The position numbers and the translations under genes were made by a program. This document shows positions 23,425 through 34,737 of a stretch of DNA of 64,000 bases, piece after piece (the stretch's first letter is position 1; the number at the start of each line of letters is the position of its first letter). Origin of the DNA: Squalus acanthias (lineage: Eukaryota); contig CM059431.1 in assembly GCA_030390025.1 (NCBI GenBank), positions 121,026,001 to 121,090,000 on the forward strand, read 5' to 3'. The notes under the pieces are model-generated. The model was given only the letters and a program-made list of their open reading frames with translations. It had not been told where the DNA came from and did not search any database.

Positions 23425-24689
23425 ATAGGAACCATTTATATCCTCTCATCCTGGTCATCAGATTTGGAGGAACAGCAGCCGCGGCAGCAGTGCAACCAGG
23501 CACAGCAGCAGCACCAACAACAGGAGCGCCAACCTTCTCCTCAGCCACCTGATGATGCACAGGGCAGAGGGCATCAGCGCAGGGCTGCACCTTGCCGCAG
23601 GAGATACCCCCAACACTGGGTTTACAGGCAGAGGAGGAGCTTCCTCAACATGAGTGAGCAGCAGTGCCAAAGGAGGCTGAGACTTCCGCGAGACGTAGTC
23701 GCTGACATTTGCGCAATGCTGCACCAGCACCTGGAGCCCAGAGGAGCAGGTGGACACTCCTTACCAGTGGCTGTCAAAGTCACCACTGCACTCAACTTCT
23801 TTGCTTTGGGCTCCTTCCAGTGATCATCTGCAGACATCAGCAGCATCTCCCAGTCGGCCGCACATGCTTGCATCACGCAGGCTACCGATGCCCTCTTTGC
23901 AAAGGTGCACAATTATGTCCACTTCTCCACGGATGAAGCAAGTATAACTTCGCGTGCAGTTGGCTTTGCTAATATGGCAGGCTTCCCAAGGGTGCAGAGC
24001 ATCGTAGACTGCACACATGTGGCCATTAGGGCACCCCAGCACAACCCAGCTGTATTTGTCAACCGCAAGGGATTCCACTCCCTTAACATCCAGCTGGTGT
24101 GTAACCACAGGAAGATCATCATGCATGTTTGCGCCAAGTACCCTGGCAGTTGCCATGACTCCGTCATCCTGCGTCAGTCTACTGTGCCTCAGCTCTTCAA
24201 TCCGCCAACCCAACTTCCGGATGGCTACTTGGTGACAAGAGCTATCTCCTGACAATGTGGCTCATGACACTGATGAGGAGTCCATCAAAAGAGGCTGAGG
24301 AGCGGTACAATGTGAGCCACTTTACCACCAGAAGCATCATAGAGCAAATGATCGGCTTTCTCAAAATGCGATTCCGATGCCTTAACAAATGTGGTGGAGC
24401 CCTGCAGTATGCACCAGCCAGGGTGTCCAGAATCATCATGGTCTACTGTACCCTGCACAACATCGCACAGCAGCGTGGCTTGGCGCTGCCTGAGGAACAA
24501 GTGGCTGAGCGCAGAGCATCCTCGGAACAAGAGGGGGAGGACGAGGAGAGGGAGGAGGACGAGGAGGAGGACGAGGATGAGGAGGAGGAGGCACGCCTTG
24601 TGGGGCCAGATGTGGCCAATGCAGCAGCACTCGAGAACATTGCTGGCTGTCACGCAAGGGATTCACTCGTCCATACCAGATTCATGTAA
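23425..24689 (+). pseudogene. HARBI1-like DDE transposase of H2, nearly complete
   Basis: The three catalytic motifs IVDCTH, LLGDKSY and IIEQMIG are readable. Lesions are a presumed start reading ATA (23425), an in-frame TGA at 23821-23823 and one frameshift near 24220. Confidence 0.93.
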
Positions 24690-24897
24690 GCTTAAGCTTC
24701 AACCACAGGTGGCTAGCATATGGCTATGAATGTGTGGACGACCTTCTTAAAACGCCATACATCATCTCTCCAATAAACAGTGCTTTCCTATCACTCTCAG
24801 CATCATCATGACAAATGCAAGTCGCCCTGAGCCCTCACTGTGTAACTTCCATTTCCCAGAACACATAGGCCAGAACTTCAACTGTTTGTCATCACTT

Positions 24898-26336
24898 TAG
24901 AAACATAGAAACATAGAAAAATAGGAGCAGAGTAGGCTGCTCCGCCATTCAATATGATCATGGCTGATCCTCTATCTCAATACCATAATCCCACTCTCTC
25001 CCCATACCCCTTGACGCCATTTGCATCTAAAAAGCTATCCCCTTCTTAAATATATTGAGTGACTTGGCCTCCACAGCCTTCTGTGGTAGAGAATTCCACA
25101 GGTTCACCACCCTCTGAGTGAAGAAATGTCTCCTTATCTCAATCCTAAATGTCCTACCCCTCGTTCTAGACCCCCCAGCCAGGGGAAACATCCTCCCTGC
25201 ATCCAGTCTGTCTAGCCCTGTCAGAATTTTATACGTTTCAATGAGATCCCCTCTCATTCTTTGAAACTGTAGTGAATACAAGCCTAGTCGACCCAATCTA
25301 TCCTCATGCGACAGCCCTGCCATCCCAGAATCAGTCTGGTGAACCTTCGCTGCACTCCCTCTATGGCAAGTATATCCTTTCTTAGGTAAGGAGACCAAAA
25401 CTGCACACAGTACTCCAGGTGTGGTCTCACCAAGGCCCTGTATAACTGTAATAAGACATCCTTGCTCCTGTACTCAAATCCTCTTGCAATGAAGGCCAAC
25501 ATACCATTTGCCTTCCTAACTGATTGCTGCACCTGCATGTTTGCTTTCAGTGACTGGTGTACAAGGACACCCAGGTCCCTTTGTACATCAACATTTCCCA
25601 ATCTATCACCATTCAAATAATACTCTACCTTTCTGCTTTTCCTACCGAAGTGGATAGCTTCATATTTATCCATGTTATACTGCATCTGCCATGTATTTGC
25701 CCACTCACTCAACCTGTCCAAATCGCCTTGAAGCTTCTTTGCATCCTCCTCACAACTCACAATCCCCATTTAGTTTTGTGTCATCAGCAAACTTGGAAAT
25801 ATTACATTTGGTTCCCTCATCAAAATCATTGATGTATATTGTGAATAGCTGGGGCCCAAGCACTGATCCCTGTGTTACCCCACTAGTCACCACCTGCCAC
25901 CCCGAAAAAGACCCATTTTTTCCTGCTCTCTGTTTCCTGTCTGTTAACCAATTTTCAATCCATGCCAGCATATTACCCCCAATCCCATGTGCTTTAGTTT
26001 TGCACAATAACTTTATCAAAGGACTTCTGAAAATCCAAATACACCACATCCACTGGTTCTCCCTTATCTATTCTACTGGTTACATCCTCAAAAAACTCCA
26101 GTAGGTTTGTCAAACATGATTTCCCTTTCATAAATCCATGTTAACTTTGTCTAATCCCGTTGATTTTTTCTAAGTGTCCCGTTATCACATCCTTTATAAT
26201 AGACTCTAGCATTTTCCCTACTATTGATGTTAGGCTAACCAGTCTGTAGTTCCCTGTTTTCTCTCTCCCTTTTTTAAATAGTGGAGTTACATTTTCCACC
26301 CTCCAATCTGCAGGAACTGTTCCATAATCTATAGAA
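24898..26336 (-). mobile_element. 5'-truncated CR1/HER1 LINE inserted between the convergent 3' ends of the H2 genes
   Basis: ORFs 26141-26383, 25750-26049 ([17 protein letters not shown]), 25284-25769 and 25027-25398; (ACATAGAA)n tail. Confidence 0.93.
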
Positions 26337-26404
26337 CTTTTGTTTAATAAAATCACAAAAGGATGACAATGGCAAATATACAACAGAACAAAACACCCAA
26401 GTCA

Positions 26405-28316
26405 TTATTTGTGTGTTAACTTACTCTTACGCGTGCTTCTACGTGATGCTTCCCCTGTGGCTTCAGCAGATGTAGAGGCACCTTGCTCAATTTGATGCTG
26501 TGCCTGCTTAGACACCTTTGGCGGGCATCCTTTGGGTTTGGGAGCCTGGTAGGGCTCCTCCACAGTCTGCTCTTCCTGTGGCTGTGCAGGGGCTGAGACG
26601 GCCATCTCAGTTGGATGACAACTCTGGGGCTCTGACCGAGGGCTCCGCAGTGGAATGGTCGTGTTAGTGCTTGGAGAGGACCCCACACTTCCTTGTTGTC
26701 TGCCACCAACATCCCTCTCAAGGGTCACCCGCACTTCAGTGCTAGCAAGTGGTTGGAGAGCATCTTGCTGCACATCAGTGGGGCCATGAGGACCCATCTC
26801 AGTACTGAAAATCCTCATAATGGGGATGTCCATGTACCTCTGGTGTCTCTCCTCAATAGATGCCCATCTGTCCTCCATATCAGACCATCTATTTAGAAGA
26901 GTCATCATGTTCTCGTGTGTCTGGCGACTTATATCCTTCAAGGAGGATGCCACCCTCTCCATGGTGGCACGTTCATGCGCCATTGCCTCCGCAAAGGCAG
27001 TGCTCATGTTGGAGATGGACTCCTCCATTCTCTGCACACTCGCAGTTACCCTGGAGGCAAACCCTGTCAGAGACTCCTGCACTTATTGCTGGAGTTCCAG
27101 CACTGCTCTCTTTCTGGATGGCCCCGGAGGCACAGCGTCTACATGCAGCTGAGCAGTGCTAGGAGGGTCCTGCGACCTCCGACGAGGACTCTCCACTGCT
27201 GTCGCTGTCTCCACCATCTGCTGATGCTCACTTGTGAGCTGTGGTACACCAGGTGACAACACTACTCAATGTTGCGAAGGCCCCGCCGAGGTGTGCGTCT
27301 CTGCGCTGGTGCTCGGTGCGCTGGTGCTGGTGACGCTGCTCCCTCAGAGGCTGCAGGTTCCTCTGAGGAGTCATCCGGCTCTTCCTCCTGGACAGTGGGG
27401 AGGGGGCTCTCAATGATCCTGTGGGAGAGTAAAGGCATGAGTTAGACATCTGATTTTTATGTAGCAGACGCATCCTATTGTGCAGATGATCCAAAGTCAA
27501 TCTGTATGAACATCATATGCCATTGCAGTCAATCATGAAATCTAAATGCGAGGGTTGAAAATCTATTCTGTCACCAGCTTCGTCTAGTGTGCCCATCTCT
27601 CCGTCCCCCACTTCCAGCTCCTCTCCACCTCCCACGATCTTGTGCGCAGCCTCCTCAGCACTTGTCAATGTCACCAGGGATGGAGGCCCTCCTCCTGTCT
27701 TCGCTCTCTCCCTCTTATTGTGGGCTATCTTTTCAAGCAAGGAGGGACACAACTGGAGTTTCAACAAGAGTGATGGAATAACTGAAGAATCCATAACATA
27801 GAAGCTTTAGAGGGAGACCAAGATGGAGTGAGGTGCCAAGAGGAAGCTGCCTCCCTGTGCGTTGTTAGTTTTTTTCATTGCATAACAGTGAGAGCGAGTG
27901 TGAGGGGTGCATAGTAGGATGGTGAAGTGATTCAGTACAGAGAGAAAGATAGATAGGTAAGGGTGCAAGGGAAGTAAGGGTAAGGTGGGATGTGGAGGAG
28001 TAGGCTTACAAAGCAGAGTGCTGGTGATGAGAAGAGAAGGGGAGCAGATTGAAGGTAAGTGTGATGGGATACTCACTTTTGCTGATCGCAGAAGATCATT
28101 AAACCGTTTCCGGCACTGGACCCAGGTGCGTGAACATAAGGACCTTGCGCTGACCTCCTCAGCAATTTGCAGCCAGGCTGCCTTTGTTTGCTGAGGAGCC
28201 TTCCTCCGGCCATCGGGAGGGAACAGAATCTCCCTGCGCCCTCTTACTCCCTCCACAAGAGCTTGGAGGGAGCCCTCATTGAAACTTGGAGCAGCCTTCA
28301 GTTTTGCACCATTCAT
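26405..28316 (-). pseudogene. Harbinger Myb/SANT-like gene of H2 (exons 28316-28077, 27734-27575, 27418-26405)
   Basis: Exon 1 is an intact 80-codon SANT-like domain (AWLQIAEEVS..RTWVQCRKRFNDL) with a GTGAGT donor. The exon 2 acceptor is mutated. Exon 3 carries frameshifts, then a 225-aa open stretch ending RRSTRKSKLTHK*. Confidence 0.86.
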
Positions 28317-29394
28317 TGTTGCCTTGGCACATTCAAAGACCAGCAGAAACGAGAATTGAAAGGCTAAGACTGCACGGGCCCCTTAAAAACAAGTGCATCA
28401 GAGGCGACTAACAGACCCGATTCCAGTCATTGAACCAGCCAGCGCGCACGACGGCACTTAATAGGCCAATTAAATTAAAATTTCAAATTGAGAGTGGCTA
28501 AAATCGGCAGCGGGACCGGACCCCGCCCACCAGGCCACCCGACTCCAATCCGCCGCCTCCATTAAATTTGCAGTCTAAGTTTGCATTCGAAAAATGTCAA
28601 CCTGAGATTTTTGTTAATGTGTGTATCTGTCTGCCTTCGAATGTAGGTGAGGGCAAACGCATTGGTATGAAAGTGGGTGCTTGTGAGCATTAGTGCACGG
28701 CCATGTGACTGTCATTACTGTGTAGGCTTTAATTGGGTGTCATAATTAATTTAATAAGCAATTGGGTGGAAATAAGTGTATGACTAGGTGAGTAGAGGGG
28801 AGGGCGTTATTGAGAGGGTGGCTAAGTGTGTATTTGACCCCCTAACCCCATGTGATGTTCATCGTATGGCATTTGTATCTATGCCTACATGAGTAGAATC
28901 AAACCTTGACATCTCTGCTTTTAACATTCATGCTGACAACTAGGCTACATAAAAGATTCCGCCCCCCCCCCTCAAAAAAAAATGTGGGCTGGGAAAAATA
29001 CAGCATAAACACTTTTTGGTTTGTAAGAATTTAGATTTTTGAATTTGACCCGATGGTTAGTGACCTGCCACAGACAAAGAGCATATTATTTTAAAATAAA
29101 CTTAACAATTTCATTGACAGTTTACCAGACAAAGCAATCATACAGCCTGATCTGGGGAGTGGAGTTCAAGACCTCAGGGTCATCAAGCCCCGGTCATAAG
29201 AGTCGTTCCTTCAAAGGTTGACGCATCGTCCAAGTTCTTCTTCTTCTTCTGCTGAGCGCTCCTGTCCGCCTTCTGAGTGTTGTTCATATACCTTACAATA
29301 TACCATAGTAGGTGCCATGTTTGTTTAGTTGATCAATTTTAGCCTTTGGCCATTGCAAACTGCAGATGTGGGCGCAATCACAGTCTGTGATGTA

Positions 29395-29495
29395 CAACAG
29401 TGACTGCACGCCACAAGTACATCATTGGCTGTAAAGCACTTTGGGACATCCTGAGGTCATGAAAGGTGCTATATAAATGCAAGTCTTTCTTTTCT
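29395..29495 (+). mobile_element. DeuSINE (SacSINE1-like) 3' fragment
   Basis: CAGTGACT..CATTGGCTGTAAAGCACTTTGGGACATCCTGAGGTCATGAAAGGTGCTATATAAATGCAAGTCTTTC; the same tail occurs at 46270-46358. Confidence 0.7.
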
Positions 29496-30241
29496 TTATC
29501 CTACCTCCTGTCTCAGTGAAACTGCATCCTGCCAGTAAGTAGTAAACAAGTCCATGATCCTTTTCAGGGCATGTCAATGACCTCATTACCCAGCATTCTC
29601 ATTTTGCTTTTATTCAAAGTCTCTTCGGTCCAAGGCCTTATGTATTCAATATAATTTCAAACCTTCAGTCTGAACAATTTATGTATTCTTTAATGCAGAA
29701 CAATGTTCCACTAAAGACTGGGTCCAAGACCTGTAATTTTGGTGCAAATCTATGCTTTTGACAAAGGTAAAGATGTCACTTGTCAGCACAGTCACAGAAC
29801 AGTATTGTGTGACATGCACCATATTTTCAAGCAGATGCACGGGGCATTATTTAGTTTTCATATATGTCTGCCAATGTCAGTGCTGATGCCAATAGAGTTT
29901 TAAAATGCCATGCTACTAAAAATATATTTTGATTGATGGTGCAACCAAAATAAATTCATCATTAAATGAAGAGAGAAACGTTGATTTAAGTTTGCTTCAG
30001 ATATGCTTCTTTGAACAGTTGTGGTAGAGCACAGAGATTAAAGTTGACTGCTTTTTTAGTATCACCGACTGCAACAATGCTGCCAAAACACAGCAACGGT
30101 TTATCCCTCACTATCAGACAGCACATTTACTGAGGCAAAGGCCTGGAATTTCCTGGAACAGTAAGGTATGTACCTCCAGCAGAACTCCCAGAGTGGATCG
30201 GCCGAACCGTCTAAAGGATAGTGGGAGAATACGGACCTATT

Positions 30242-30854
30242 GGGAGACTTTTAACCCCAAAAATGGGTGGGTTGGGGCCGGGTGGGAGGTTAAAGTGTTA
30301 AAAAATGATTCCCCAAACCGCCTCCAAGCCGCCCACTTCCATTTTTAACGGAGGCGGGACAGGGGGCAGGCAACCAACTCACTGCCAGGAGGCGGGTGGT
30401 CCATTTAAATATTCAAATGAGGCTGGAAGCCTCAGATTTAACCAGCATTTCAAATGTAACTGTGGCTGGTCGGGTTTCTCAGGCCTCGGAGAACCCACCA
30501 GCTAAAGTAAGGAAAGGACTGCTGGATCCAGGAGGTAAGTGCCTTTACGTTTACCTCCTGGATTCAGCATCCAATGATGCTCAGGCTAGACCCAATGCTT
30601 CCCCACCCGTCACCCCACCCACAATGCTCTGGCTCTGATCCTTCCCCCCGCCGAAGCTCCGGCCCCGATCCTTCCACCCCCCCGATCCTCCTCCAGTCCC
30701 CGACCATCCCCCCGGCTCCCACCCGATCCCTTGCTCCCTCCTCTCTGCGGCCTAGTGCTGCAGGTCTACCCGCCCGCAGCCAGCCTCTCCCGACCGCTTT
30801 CTAGCGCCCCCCCCCACCCCACTCCCCACCCACCTCCATATTAAAATTCAGGCC
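30242..30854. mobile_element. Harbinger-type MITE (family A); an alternative left TIR GGCCTGGAATTT lies at 30140
   Basis: Subterminal block shared with 12042 and 45304; right end TTAAAATTCAGGCC. Confidence 0.62.
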
Positions 30855-30879
30855 ATTGTTTTGGATAGAGCAATCTGAA

Positions 30880-31210
30880 GCACACAACCAAGTCTTAAGC
30901 CTTCCAAAAGGGAGGAAAAGCAACCAAAATCATGGTCCACATTCAAATACATTTGAAGTCTTGAAGAAGGAGTTCAAGGAGTCAGGCACTAGATTAGAAA
31001 ACAAGCCTGTGGTCATCCTGGATTTCTTCCTGTGTCACGTACTGGCCAGGTTAAAGGGAGGAAGATTAGGAAGGTCAAGATGTGGCTGTGGATGGTGCAA
31101 CTGGGAAGGGTTCACATTCCTGGAGCACTAGAGCAATGAAACGGCACCAACATCTTCTGGAGAGAATAGCTAGAGCAATTGGGAAGGGTGTAAACTAATA
31201 TGGCAGTGGG
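30880..31210 (+). pseudogene. Decayed CR1 ORF1 SGNH-esterase C-terminal fragment
   Basis: EVLKKEFKESGTRL..VVI..WCNWEGFTFLEH, followed by a GGGTGTAAACTAATATGGCAG ORF1 end typical of CR1. Confidence 0.6.
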
Positions 31211-31698
31211 GCAAGTATAGTTTTGAGATGAAAGAAGTCGAGCAAAGTCAATAGAAGCAGGAGGCGTAACTGAAATAAATATCAGAAAATACTCTCAGAT
31301 ATGAAAGAGAAAGAAACAGGTTTATAAGGTAGAGAGAGACAAAAATTTCTAGGGGGAGATGCTAACTCCCTTCATCTGAAGCAGACAGGCCAGTAGCAGA
31401 GTTAAAATTGAGGTGGCCTCCCCTACCTTGGACCCGAGCCCCCCTTTCCCAGAGAGACAACTCTGGTAGTCAATACCACCACTTACCTGGTGTTGGCTGG
31501 CTGCCTCCAGGCCACAAAACTTTCCATCGCTCCCAAGACGATTTCCTGCCTGGGACAGGTAGGATTTAAGTGAGCTGTGAAAATACCCTAGACCTTAATT
31601 CTGGAGTTTTTATCATACAATCACTGCCCACTTGCCCAAAACTATCCTGGAGTTAAAATTGGGCCTCTGGGTTTCATAAATAGATGCGTAGAGTACAA

Positions 31699-31982
31699 GG
31701 GCTGGATTTTGTCTTGGGGTCGGGTTGGGGTCGTGTAATCCGCATTTCGTGTTTCCCCCCCGACTCCAGATTAATGTGGATGCCTGATGCAATTTTCACT
31801 TAATTGGGCAATTGAGTTCCAGCATGTGGGAACCCATGAACTAATTAGTGTTTTCAGTCTGAAAGTCGCCTCTGATGATGTCATCATTGCTGACTGCCTA
31901 GTCTCAGAGACTGTTGGTGAGAGAGGACCTGCCTGGCTTTTGATGTGAGTGGACCTGATGCAAAAATTAGGGGGGGGGGGTG

Positions 31983-32032
<50 letters not shown>

Positions 32033-32469
32033 AATTCTTTTGCCAAGCAAGTCCTCCCAGGCAGTCTCTGAAGACATTCAATGCAGCAGCATCAGAGGCG
32101 ACGTTCAGACCTAATACTACTACTTTCATCACATCTCCGTTGTAATAGTGGACCTGCAGCCGATAGTCAGCTATCCACTTGTGCTCCCGCCAGGTTTCAC
32201 TGGAGTGTTTCACACCAGGCGTGCTTCACTTCAGAAGAGGGTTAAACTAGCTACAGTGTTTCAAAATGGCATTACAGAGCCAATTTAGAGCTTGTTAAGG
32301 GCTTTAATGGCCTCTCCCGCCTCTTGAAGGCGGGACGGAGTCGGGAACCCCGCGACTGATTATGTCAAAATTGCGTGGAGGCGGGATAGAGTCGGGAACC
32401 CCGACCCCGCAAATTTAACCCCCCACACGCCTCCAAACCCAACTCCATGGGTCATTCAAAATCCAGCCC
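31699..32469. mobile_element. Harbinger MITE (771 bp)
   Basis: Perfect 12-bp TIR GGGCTGGATTTT / AAAATCCAGCCC and a CAA TSD (31696-31698, 32470-32472). Confidence 0.9.
31988..32027. repeat. (GA)~20 microsatellite, preceded by a G12 run
   Basis: Direct reading. Confidence 0.95.
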
Positions 32470-33058
32470 CAAGAGTAAAGAATTAATGAGCCATTTATAC
32501 AAAACATTGGTTAGGTCACAGTTAAAATACTGTGTGCAGTTTGGGGCATCCCATTATAGAAAATGCAGTGAAGCCATAGAGAAGGTATAGCATAGAATCA
32601 CTGGGATGATGACAGGAGTGGGACACTATAGTTATGAGGGGACACTTCAGATATGGGACTGTTTGCACTGAGGCAGGGAAGGCTGAGGAGATTTAATAGG
32701 TTTTTAAATCATGAATGGTTTTGATACAGTAAATAGGAAAAGACGATTTCCTCTGGTTGGGGTGTCATTGACATGGAATCATGAACTAAAATGGTCACTA
32801 AAACTGGAGCACAGTTATGAGAATTATTTTTTTTACACAGAACATTGTTGGAGCATGAAATGCTTTGCCACAGGGAGTGGTTGAGGCAGAGACCATTGCA
32901 TCTTTTAAGAGAAAATTGTATAACTATTTGAAGCAGCAGGGACAGGGAAAAAGCGGGAGAGTGCAATTTGTTTTGGATTGCTCTAGCAGAGAGCTGGAAT
33001 GGCGAGTTAAATAGTCTCCTGTACTGTAAACTTCTACAGTAACGGACGCTGACATTGT

Positions 33059-33214
33059 GGGTTAAATTTTCGACTCACTGCTTGGGAACTAATCTGGTGG
33101 AGTGAATTATAGAACCTGTCTGATTGGCATTCCATTGACTTCAATGGAATGTAACTTGGACGAATTCTACGATCAGGCGATAGATCTTATCTGCAAGGTT
33201 TTGAAAATCTACCC
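33059..33214. mobile_element. Short palindromic Harbinger-type MITE with central CCATTGACTTCAATGG
   Basis: Ends GGGTTAAATTTTC / GAAAATCTACCC; central palindrome near 33133-33148. Confidence 0.6.
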
Positions 33215-34060
33215 GTGTGCCAGATGGGGAAAACTGCTCCATTTCTCACGCATTAATATACTTTCACACGAAATGTACAAAATTCACGCGCAAAGTCCTT
33301 TTTAACAAACAAGTTTAAATATTTGAAGTGATTTGCAGGAGGGCGTAAGAATTCTACACAAAGCCAATGTGAGATCATTGAACGGATTGCTCTGATTGCA
33401 CGCTGTCAAGCATCAATCGCTGCACATTCTGCTAACGTCTCTATGTAACAGTGACACAACAGGAATAAAATGCTGCCTGCACTGTAGTGGCAAAGTTGGA
33501 CTTTAGTTCACAGTTCAATTAAGAGATTAATTCTATTCATTCTAATTTTAATAAAATGGTCTGTTTGTGACCTCTGTATTCAAACATGTTGTGTGATCTC
33601 TGCCGTCATTTTTTGAACATAACAAAAAAAAATTACATATTTGGAAAAAATCTGTTGGCGTGGGGAAGTGAAAAATACTGTGCAGCATTATGGGCACGTT
33701 CTGGGAAAAAATGAGAACTTTTTAACTTTTTGGATTAAAGATTATTGTGCTTGATCAACAAGAAGTCATTCCCACTAATTAAAAGGGTTGGTACTCTATG
33801 CTACAAAGCCATAGAGCTTCCCATTTATTAATAAACAACTGCAAGCTACTTAACAGATATTGACAAACCTCAGTGAACAACAAGGTTATCAAAATGTGAG
33901 TCTTACTTTTACCTGCAGTGAAGATTTAGCCACAGTTTAGCTGGGAGGTCATGTCAATAACTGTGTGCCCATATCTGTTATTGGTTATCATAGCCATGGA
34001 GGAAAAACTATAACCGTAGATTCAAAATGCATGTCCAGACAATTAGCTTGTAAATAAAAT

Positions 34061-34490
34061 CATAGGAATATAGGAACAGGATTAAGCCATTCAGCCCCTT
34101 TAGTCTGTTCCGGCATTAAATTAGGTCACATCTGATCTGCATTTTAACTCCATTCACCCACCTTGGTTCCATATTGTCTAACGAACAAAAATCTATCAAT
34201 CTCAGTTTTGAAATTTTCAACTGACCCCCCAGCCGCAACAGCTTTTTGGGGGAGTGAGTTTAAGATTTCCGCTTCCCTTTGTGTGAAGAAGTGCTTCCTG
34301 ACATCAACCCTGAACGATCTAACTCTAATTTTAAGGATATGCCCCCTTGTTCTGAACTCCCCCAACCGAGGAAATAGTTTCTATCTACCCTATCAAATCC
34401 TTTAATGATCTTAAACATCCCACTTAGCTCACTACTTAATCTTCTATACTCAAGAGAATACAAGCAACCTGACCTCATAGTCTAACCTTT
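34061..34490 (-). mobile_element. CR1 3' fragment
   Basis: ORF 34144-34365 (RTRGHILKI..FRVDVRKHFFTQR); CATAGGAA tail. Confidence 0.85.
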
Positions 34491-34706
34491 TTAGATCAAC
34501 AAATCTCAGGAGACGATAATGGCAGTATTTACGCAGAAATAGCATACGTACTGCTGGATCTACCTTGATGGGCAATGATTTCTAAATAGCAAAAAGGAAA
34601 TTATTTAATGAAGCAGGCATTATCCAAACAACCTTTTTGTTCTGAATTCATTGCATTCAGAGCATAAAAATGGAATTAAAATTCTCCCATCCCCCCGCCC
34701 CCACCT

Positions 34707-34735
<29 letters not shown>
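34707..34735. repeat. C29 homopolymer
   Basis: Direct reading. Confidence 0.9.

Positions 34736-34737
<2 letters not shown>

Larger units (their letters stand above)
22595..28575. mobile_element. Full-span two-gene PIF/Harbinger transposon H2 (5981 bp including two retroposon insertions)
   Basis: TIRs GGCCGCAAATTTAAT / ATTAAATTTGCAGTC (13/15) and a TAA TSD at 22592-22594 and 28576-28578. Transposase (+) and Myb gene (-) are convergent. Confidence 0.93.
31668..33040 (+). mobile_element. Decayed CR1 3' fragment interrupted by a MITE
   Basis: The empty site reads EYKSKELM, followed by YKTLVRSQLKYCVQF and further CR1 3' motifs. Confidence 0.75.

Noticed and set aside
23425..24689. Domesticated host gene HARBI1 (or NAIF1/MSANTD for the Myb genes)
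   Set aside because: The copies lie within TIR/TSD-bounded elements, are multi-copy and carry stops or frameshifts, so no gene symbol was assigned.
33905..34010. Minus-strand exon ending CAG/GTAAAA
   Set aside because: All three frames contain stops for the candidate acceptors.
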